IMG/VR virus record: IMGVR_UViG_3300009709_000001
Location: 317,336-381,335 of that record
Length of the DNA stretch: 64,000 bases
Strand: one strand, 5' to 3'
Origin: a virus
Lineage: Duplodnaviria; Heunggongvirae; Uroviricota; Caudoviricetes
The position numbers were made by a program, and so were the translations under genes. Position 1 is the stretch's first letter, and every line of letters begins with the position of its first letter. Positions 51,593 to 58,199 of this stretch are shown here, one piece after another. The notes beneath the pieces were generated by a model, which worked only from the letters and a program-made list of their open reading frames with translations, was not told the DNA's origin and searched no databases.

Positions 51593-52807
51593 TTAGTATT
51601 TTTCGCGGCCGACGTGCTTTCTATAATCTAGTCCGTTTCGTGCCCACTGTGCGCCGTTACCCTTTTCGCCACCCTCAAGGATATCGATGGTACGGTCAAT
51701 TGTTCCATTCTGCCAATCGCTGACTGCACCAGTTGTAAACTTTGCAGGATTGTTCAGCATTGCGGTTAGCTTTGCTGCGGCATCATCTAAGCTCCACGGA
51801 ATATACAAGTTATTCGCATTATTTGCGAACACTTCCGGGAAACTACGATAAGCTGGGAACAAGGTCAGTGTTCCAAATGTGTCGGCTTCGCTAACAGTGT
51901 TACTTACCCAATCTTGAAGGGCACAGTTGAATAAAACGACACTGTCTGCGACAATTTCGTAATAATCGTTCTTCTTCAGACCGGTATAGACCTTGAAATT
52001 AGCAGTTCCGCTAGATTCCAGGTATTTCGCAAACTCGATGTTTTGCGGATTGTTGCTCTTCAATTCAGGATGTCCAGTCACTACCGCAAATTCCACATCA
52101 GGGTGTGTCTTGAACATTTTCTGTGCGAGCTGCATATAGAAGTCGGGTTGCTTCTCATCATCCCAACGAGCTGCAAACACGACACGTTGTTCACGCGAGG
52201 TAATTGGCTTGATGTACTCAACACGTTCAAGCACTTCTTCTTTGCCAAACGGAAGACCAGTAACATAGATAGGTGCCTTGAATCCTGCGATACGCAGATT
52301 AGCAACCATTTCTTCACTTGCCACAAGGATGCCCGATACAAATTCGTCGATCATCAACTCATAGTTACGCATCCAATGACCCATTCCTTCGCGGTTAACG
52401 AAATCATCGGGATCAATGGATTGTGCAAGACAACGAACATAAACCTTCGGACGATACTTCTTAGGCACCTGGTCCATGATGTACGGTAAACATTCAATGC
52501 CTGGAGTAAACATATCTTCGTAGAAGATAACGTCATTACTTGTGACTTTACCTTCCTTCATCAGCTTGATCAGATTTGCAGTCTGCATCATGCTGTAATA
52601 TGTTCGACCGTGTGCATCAAGTACACTACCGGTAACAATGTTCTTGTCGGCAGTTAATTCTGCACCTTTGACAATCTCGTAGTCGATGCCACGAGCTTGA
52701 AATACACGTTCATTCCAGTCTTGGAGTTGCAGTGTGTATCGAGCTTCGTATGCTTCCAAGCCCATATAGAACAGTTTTTTCATAGGTCTTCCTTGTTGAT
52801 TCCCCAT
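51593..52807 (-). CDS. putative GT-B fold glycosyltransferase (possibly a DNA glycosyltransferase)
   Basis: The 404-aa protein starts 'MKKLFYMGLEAYEARYTLQLQDWNERVFQARGIDYEIV', resembling the N-terminal strand of T-even phage DNA glucosyltransferases (recalled from memory, not verified). Its C-terminal half has a GT-B-like pattern. Confidence 0.5.
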   Translation of the reverse strand: MGNQQGRPMKKLFYMGLEAYEARYTLQLQDWNERVFQARGIDYEIVKGAELTADKNIVTGSVLDAHGRTYYSMMQTANLIKLMKEGKVTSNDVIFYEDMFTPGIECLPYIMDQVPKKYRPKVYVRCLAQSIDPDDFVNREGMGHWMRNYELMIDEFVSGILVASEEMVANLRIAGFKAPIYVTGLPFGKEEVLERVEYIKPITSREQRVVFAARWDDEKQPDFYMQLAQKMFKTHPDVEFAVVTGHPELKSNNPQNIEFAKYLESSGTANFKVYTGLKKNDYYEIVADSVVLFNCALQDWVSNTVSEADTFGTLTLFPAYRSFPEVFANNANNLYIPWSLDDAAAKLTAMLNNPAKFTTGAVSDWQNGTIDRTIDILEGGEKGNGAQWARNGLDYRKHVGREKY

Positions 52808-53151
52808 TTTACTTTAAGTGTATGTATATCGTCAAAGGGGCCAGTCATTGGCTGCACTCCGAGAAGTTCATCGGCAATAATGTTAGGCATAATTCGATTA
52901 ATCATTGGAATTCTTATACCCTTAGGCTTTGGAGGGGCCTTAAGTTTTTCGATAATCTTTTCAGCCTCAATTTCCTCTGTTGTCATACCCGCAAGACGCA
53001 ATTCTTCTGCAGCCTCTGCATCAATCTTTTCGGCAAAAATCCTGGCTTGTTCTTCCAGCATATACTTGACGATATCATTATTACTACTGGTAATCGAATC
53101 TATTAATTCTTTCTTGGATTCGTTCCAGTTTTCGAATAATTTCTTTGTCAT
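52780..53151 (-). CDS. hypothetical protein (123 aa)
   Basis: Minus-strand ORF. Confidence 0.45.
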   Translation of the reverse strand: MTKKLFENWNESKKELIDSITSSNNDIVKYMLEEQARIFAEKIDAEAAEELRLAGMTTEEIEAEKIIEKLKAPPKPKGIRIPMINRIMPNIIADELLGVQPMTGPFDDIHTLKVKWGINKEDL

Positions 53152-53432
53152 TTCGACATTCTCAATACATAGGCCACGGCATCGGGTCCGTCGAGTTTAA
53201 TTGACGCGTCGCTATAAATCTGATATCCTGCCTCGGGCATCCAACCATAGCCAGACTTGGCAAGTGGCTTTACCTTGATTGTTTTCGGACTAATTGTAGT
53301 GACCTTGCTGACGATTAATTGGTTTTGTCTAGCAAATGCTACTGTATCGCCTAATTTTAGTTCAGTACCTAGAAGATCTTTTTGGACTAACGGTTCTTTC
53401 TTTTTTCTTGTTGTTTTTATTTCTTCAGTCAC
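53148..53432 (-). CDS. hypothetical protein (94 aa)
   Basis: Minus-strand ORF. Confidence 0.45.
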   Translation of the reverse strand: MTEEIKTTRKKKEPLVQKDLLGTELKLGDTVAFARQNQLIVSKVTTISPKTIKVKPLAKSGYGWMPEAGYQIYSDASIKLDGPDAVAYVLRMSK

Positions 53433-53445
53433 TTACCTACTTTCC

Positions 53446-53913
53446 TTAAATCCAGGTACCCTCTCTCGATACCTTGTTATCAATACCTGCCAATTTATTC
53501 ATCGTTTTTTGCTGATTTGCAAATTCAGTTTCTTGATCGATGCGCTTCTTTAGATATGTTCTAATCACGTCACGATGATACCAAATGAATTCTTCATATT
53601 TGGATAGACCATTACATGGACAACACAATACGAAATTAATGCCATTGATAATACGACCTGATACTGCATCGCTGTCGTAATGCAAGATCACTTTATCAGG
53701 ACTTTCTTTATATCGAAACTCGCAATGTTCTGCCCAGTTCTTTTCATCTTCTTCGTCACACTCAGACCAACCCCAATCGACATTGACGCACAAATGTTCA
53801 CGTCCGCACCAATTGCAATCCATCTGATAAGAACCGTGGCCAGGTTCTGCTTCACGGCAGGCATCTAAAAAAAGCTCCGTTGGAGCTTTTGGGCAATCTT
53901 TAGGATTTTTCAT
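53446..53913 (-). CDS. Cys-rich putative zinc-binding protein (155 aa)
   Basis: Multiple Cys pairs (DCNWCGREHLC, CPCNG, HCEF). Confidence 0.45.
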   Translation of the reverse strand: MKNPKDCPKAPTELFLDACREAEPGHGSYQMDCNWCGREHLCVNVDWGWSECDEEDEKNWAEHCEFRYKESPDKVILHYDSDAVSGRIINGINFVLCCPCNGLSKYEEFIWYHRDVIRTYLKKRIDQETEFANQQKTMNKLAGIDNKVSREGTWI

Positions 53914-54145
53914 GTCCGTCCTTTATAATATCGAATATAGTGCTCTTATACTCGTATTCAGTCGCAAAGAATATCTTGTTCATGATCATATCAAATCTTG
54001 TCCAATAGGGTTGATGAACTTGTTTTCTTAGTACAAATTCTAACCAAACTGTTTCTTTGTCATTGATCTTAACTGGATGCCAAGCAAACCAGCGGTGCCA
54101 TACTAAGCGTGGATTTTCTGACGGATTATAAACTTTCCATCTCAT
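53900..54145 (-). CDS. hypothetical protein (81 aa)
   Basis: Minus-strand ORF; Trp-rich. Confidence 0.4.
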   Translation of the reverse strand: MRWKVYNPSENPRLVWHRWFAWHPVKINDKETVWLEFVLRKQVHQPYWTRFDMIMNKIFFATEYEYKSTIFDIIKDGHEKS

Positions 54146-54978
54146 GGTTCAAAGTCCTTTGCCTGCTCGTGTGTTCTTTTAAAGCCGGATGCAGTCTTGT
54201 GGCCACCGCCTCCAAAGATTTCGGCAATCTCAGCAACATTCATACCTTCTGCAGTCGAACGTAGACCAAATTCTCTATGTGTGGCAGTGTCGTAATAATA
54301 CGCTGCGAAAGGCTCGTTTTTCGCCAAAATTGAGCAAATATCAGAACCAAACTGATAGGGAACGTTAGCAGCTGGAACATTAAACCCTGCAATATTCAGA
54401 CGTCTAACGACAACGCCAAGTAATTCCTTGACATTTTTCATGTTGGCACGCTCGATAGCTGTACCATCTCTGATTTGCTCTTCAATGCTTTGTTCCGCAA
54501 TCATGTCCCAGTTTTCGAAGTTGTATTCGTAGCTGAAAATGCTCGCGTTGACTTCACGGCAGCCCGGAATTAAAAACTTCCAACGATCCCTATCATCGAC
54601 ATAGCGGATAAACGGTGGAACTTCTAGATCCTTGAAGAAATACTTCCAAGCCAGCATTGCACCGCTTTCAGTATTCTTTGGACTGTAGAAAGATTCGAAT
54701 TTAGGATCCGAAAAACCTTCCATGTCACGAATTGCTGTTTCGTGATGGTCAATGTGAATAACCTGTTTTGCGTCACGAACAATTTGTTCCATGATCGGAC
54801 GCTTATAGCTGAAGTCGACGATGTAGACAATCTTGTCTTTTACATCAGGCGGCTCTTCTTTGTAGACGCCAGGATGATATACAATACTTTCATCCTTGCC
54901 GTGTGCTGCTCTGACTACCCATGCAGCAGTAAATCCATCAATGCATTTGCCGTGATAGATACATACAATTCCACTCAT
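54142..54978 (-). CDS. DHH/DHHA1-family phosphoesterase (NrnA-like)
   Basis: 'CIYHGKCIDGFTAAW' (DHH motif I/II region), 'IHIDHHE' (DHH motif) and 'GGGGHKTASGF' (DHHA1 GGGH motif). Confidence 0.72.
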   Translation of the reverse strand: MSGIVCIYHGKCIDGFTAAWVVRAAHGKDESIVYHPGVYKEEPPDVKDKIVYIVDFSYKRPIMEQIVRDAKQVIHIDHHETAIRDMEGFSDPKFESFYSPKNTESGAMLAWKYFFKDLEVPPFIRYVDDRDRWKFLIPGCREVNASIFSYEYNFENWDMIAEQSIEEQIRDGTAIERANMKNVKELLGVVVRRLNIAGFNVPAANVPYQFGSDICSILAKNEPFAAYYYDTATHREFGLRSTAEGMNVAEIAEIFGGGGHKTASGFKRTHEQAKDFEP

Positions 54979-55175
54979 TTGTTCCCGGCTCCGTGGCTCT
55001 GTGCGATAAACGCCTTCAACTCAGCTTCATGTGCCCTCATGAATTGCTCAGCGATAAGAAGGGAAATTCCGGTGGTTCCACCGATTACCTTCGTTGCTAT
55101 ATGTGCTTCTTGCGCTTCTTGCAGGGCGGTAAACACCTCCCCTACAGTTAGCGGATATTGAGCTAGATTTCTCAT
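54975..55175 (-). CDS. hypothetical protein (66 aa)
   Basis: Minus-strand small ORF. Confidence 0.35.
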   Translation of the reverse strand: MRNLAQYPLTVGEVFTALQEAQEAHIATKVIGGTTGISLLIAEQFMRAHEAELKAFIAQSHGAGNK

Positions 55176-55477
55176 TTCTTTCCTTTGTGTCGAACCCGTG
55201 ATTCGCGCCTAATCTTTTTCGGCATAACATAAAAGTCGGGTTTCATACCAGAAATTAGAGAATGAGAATAAATCATCCCGTTCATCATACCATGCATGTA
55301 CTGGGAGGGTTCACTTGCGGAGGACTGTAAACAATCCTCCTGTATGCCCATCATTTCCTCTAATTTTTTCAGGCGCTTTTGCAGCTCGTCATTCATCGAT
55401 CTTAGAATGATCATCTTGACCTTGATCTGCCATTTCTTCACCAGATGGTGTTTCAGCACGATGGCCATCGATATCAC
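55172..55477 (-). CDS. hypothetical protein (101 aa)
   Basis: Minus-strand ORF; overlaps the DpdA 3' end, so the start may be internal. Confidence 0.4.
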   Translation of the reverse strand: MISMAIVLKHHLVKKWQIKVKMIILRSMNDELQKRLKKLEEMMGIQEDCLQSSASEPSQYMHGMMNGMIYSHSLISGMKPDFYVMPKKIRRESRVRHKGKK

Positions 55478-56954
55478 CCCACATTACTGTGTTGGTCATT
55501 GTAGTAGTGGTTTTCTTATCGCCAAAACTTACAAAGTCGAGGAATTTCTGATTCTCTGCCAACATATTGTAAGGGTCTTTGTTGGAAGGGTCAAGTAATT
55601 CCTCAACAAAGGAGTTGAAATACAAAATTGAGTTTGGAACAAAGTTACTAATCGGTGTACTGCTCTTTTTATCACCGGGGCGATAATCTTTCCAACTAAT
55701 TTTAGGCTTCAAAATATATTCGATGTCTGCAAGACGATTAATTTCTTGCACAGCCTGAATATGATTGTATACATTATGTGCCATGACAAGAGCATAAGTG
55801 GTTGTATCCCAACTTGTCTTGCCTTCTTTGCCATGCTTGTTCAAATCGCCGGGCCCCATCACACACATATCAGATGCGTATAATCTTTCCATAATCGGTC
55901 CTTGGAACGGCATTGCAATTTTCTTATCTTTCAAATCCTTGCTATCAATGCCCCTGCCCATCGCATAGGTAAGTTGATCGGGTTTGAAATAATTGTAATT
56001 GTAGGAGAGTGCATAACCACCAGCCGCAACAAAAGGTGATGCAGCGTCGAAGCTGATATTGATATTAGGATTATCGTATTTCTTCAACAGACGCTCGATA
56101 CTAGACAAATAACATGCCCAATCTAAACGACCAATACCCAGAAAGTGAATCCAATCTTTACCCTCTAACAGTCCATCTCTGCGCAAGTCAAGAATACGTT
56201 CAAGAACAGTTTTCATGTTCTTCATGTTGATACCTGCAAATGCCCAACCTTCTAATGTTCTATCCTTGGAATAGCCCATAGCTTCAACACTCGATGGAAT
56301 ACTGAAGTGTTTTACTGTTTCATACCAATCACGAGAATTGCTATTATCACTACCCGAAAGAACATTAAGAAACTTAGTTGCTCCCGGAACCCGATTCTTC
56401 ATGAAATAATGCAAATTGTATTCGGTAACATCCAGACAGTCCTGAAACTTAGTAAGTCCAGTTTTTGCACTCAATGGTGGAAGAGCAGCAAATGCCGGCA
56501 CGTCCAATGTCATTGACCAATCAGCAGTATGTTCTAGGTAACGTAGAATTTCTTCACGTAGCTTATCACCTGCGTCTGTCATGACTGTTGACCAATCAAG
56601 CTTAATAACGCCGGTTGCAATCTGGAAGCCGCCAGAGTCGCCAATCAGTACGGTGTCATCTCCACGCTTGTGAATCATCGGTTCACGATCGTCACAACGT
56701 GATAAATTTCTATCAGCATGTCCTGCTGAATACAAACCCCACTTGTAGTGAAAATAACTATCTTCTGATTTTAGGAAATCGAGTCCTTGAATACCATATT
56801 CAAATTTTTCAGGCACACGTTCTTTCGGTACAAAGTTCTCGTCTGCAAGATCTTTACCGAGATGAGTGGTATAAAAACCACTAATGGCGGGAAGGTATTT
56901 TGCCCAACCGCCTTCGATATGTCTTTCGGTAAAATCTACTCTATTTTTTGTCAT
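55389..56954 (-). CDS. dpdA: DpdA-like 7-deazaguanine DNA transglycosylase (tRNA-guanine transglycosylase superfamily)
   Basis: 'VLIGDSGGFQIATGVI' is the TGT catalytic DSGGFQ motif. 'WSMTLDVP', 'EGWAFAGI', 'HFLGIGRLDWACYL' and 'ISFDAASPF' line up with TGT core segments. It has no C-terminal Zn-binding CxCxxC...H, as in phage DpdA. Confidence 0.85.
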   Translation of the reverse strand: MTKNRVDFTERHIEGGWAKYLPAISGFYTTHLGKDLADENFVPKERVPEKFEYGIQGLDFLKSEDSYFHYKWGLYSAGHADRNLSRCDDREPMIHKRGDDTVLIGDSGGFQIATGVIKLDWSTVMTDAGDKLREEILRYLEHTADWSMTLDVPAFAALPPLSAKTGLTKFQDCLDVTEYNLHYFMKNRVPGATKFLNVLSGSDNSNSRDWYETVKHFSIPSSVEAMGYSKDRTLEGWAFAGINMKNMKTVLERILDLRRDGLLEGKDWIHFLGIGRLDWACYLSSIERLLKKYDNPNINISFDAASPFVAAGGYALSYNYNYFKPDQLTYAMGRGIDSKDLKDKKIAMPFQGPIMERLYASDMCVMGPGDLNKHGKEGKTSWDTTTYALVMAHNVYNHIQAVQEINRLADIEYILKPKISWKDYRPGDKKSSTPISNFVPNSILYFNSFVEELLDPSNKDPYNMLAENQKFLDFVSFGDKKTTTTMTNTVMWGDIDGHRAETPSGEEMADQGQDDHSKIDE

Positions 56955-57153
56955 ATATTTCTTGTACTTTGGCTATCAGTAATTCAACTGTCCAACCGTG
57001 TTTTGCGATAGTGTCTAATGCACCAGATGGAAACCATACAGATTCATCCTGCCGAACTTCGTATAAGCGACCATATTTGGCTATCATCTCTGTGTGCAGA
57101 GTATGAAAGCTTGATCTCTTTAATCGTTCGAATGTAAGGTCAATGTCTTCCAT
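56941..57153 (-). CDS. hypothetical protein (70 aa)
   Basis: Minus-strand small ORF. Confidence 0.4.
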   Translation of the reverse strand: MEDIDLTFERLKRSSFHTLHTEMIAKYGRLYEVRQDESVWFPSGALDTIAKHGWTVELLIAKVQEIYDKK

Positions 57154-57431
57154 TATTCTTGAATTGGCACTATTTGAAAGATCCTATATTTAGATTTGTT
57201 CGGGAACATTGGATCTTTTTTCTGGTTTGCATTTAGGAAATCTCTTGATGATTTTGCACGGTGAAGTGTTCCGTGAAATATTTCACCACCACTTGTGTAA
57301 AAACCAACCTCAGAATTGGGGTTGGTTTCGTCCCAGAGAAATCCTAATGCGAAATATGCATTATCGTTCATCTTAGCTCTTGCTTGCTGGAAGAATGTAG
57401 GAATACTTACCAATGCCACTATCGATCTCAA
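57153..57431 (-). CDS. hypothetical protein (92 aa)
   Basis: Minus-strand ORF. Confidence 0.4.
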   Translation of the reverse strand: MRSIVALVSIPTFFQQARAKMNDNAYFALGFLWDETNPNSEVGFYTSGGEIFHGTLHRAKSSRDFLNANQKKDPMFPNKSKYRIFQIVPIQE

Positions 57432-58125
57432 TCTTCATTGCACCCATGTCTGAGAAGTACATGGTTGTATCCTTGGCAGTTTCGCTCAACTTCAAAATGC
57501 TGAGAACTTGTGCAAGAGGCCAAGACCACTGATGCTTTAAGCTACCGGTAACATTTTCGGCAAACGGAACAACAGTTCTATCAGTTGGACCTGTACCTAC
57601 AGAGAAGTTCAATGTGTTATTTGCATCGACACTTGCAATGAAGCGCTTTTCAAATCCACCCAATACACCCGAGAAGTAAGAAAGTTCTGCAATCTTCTTC
57701 TTTTCTGGAGTTACAGTCAGATTCCAAGTTGCACCCTTGAATGGCGGAACTTTAATCTGCTCACTAACCATAGCTTCACTCATAAAGCGATAGTTAGATA
57801 CGTGGCCTGTGCCGCTTGCGAATTTGATTTCAGTTGGCATTACATCGCCATTGCGTGTTTCTGTAACGACTTCGACCTTTGCTTTATCTCCAGCAAATGG
57901 TGGGAAGTCGATATAACCCTTGAGAATGCCCATTCTGGACAATCCAATAGTTTTATCAAGTCCATCGATTGGTTGATACATGCTGCCGAAAATAACGACA
58001 GTCTTATCAGCATCGATTGCTTCAATCTTTGCATCGTTAGCTTCGCCAACGATTTTAACCATATCAATAAAGCCCAGCGAACTGGTGTGCTTCACGATAT
58101 CTTTCATGTTATCTAAAATGCTCAT
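57373..58125 (-). CDS. putative sliding clamp (T4 gp45-like), 250 aa
   Basis: It lies immediately downstream of the DNA polymerase gene. The size and beta-rich pattern fit a two-domain PCNA-like clamp. Loose resemblance to T4 gp45 segments was recalled from memory and is unverified. Confidence 0.45.
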   Translation of the reverse strand: MSILDNMKDIVKHTSSLGFIDMVKIVGEANDAKIEAIDADKTVVIFGSMYQPIDGLDKTIGLSRMGILKGYIDFPPFAGDKAKVEVVTETRNGDVMPTEIKFASGTGHVSNYRFMSEAMVSEQIKVPPFKGATWNLTVTPEKKKIAELSYFSGVLGGFEKRFIASVDANNTLNFSVGTGPTDRTVVPFAENVTGSLKHQWSWPLAQVLSILKLSETAKDTTMYFSDMGAMKIEIDSGIGKYSYILPASKS

Positions 58126-58199
58126 AGTTGTTCCTTATGTTTCTAGTATTTCTACAGCTTTTCACAGTTTAAAGACTTTCAGCGCGAAAGTCAAATTTT

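Noticed and set aside
53446-53913. Considered QueC because a Cys-rich protein sits in the deazaguanine cluster
   Set aside because: It lacks the N-terminal PP-loop SGGxDS motif that defines QueC.
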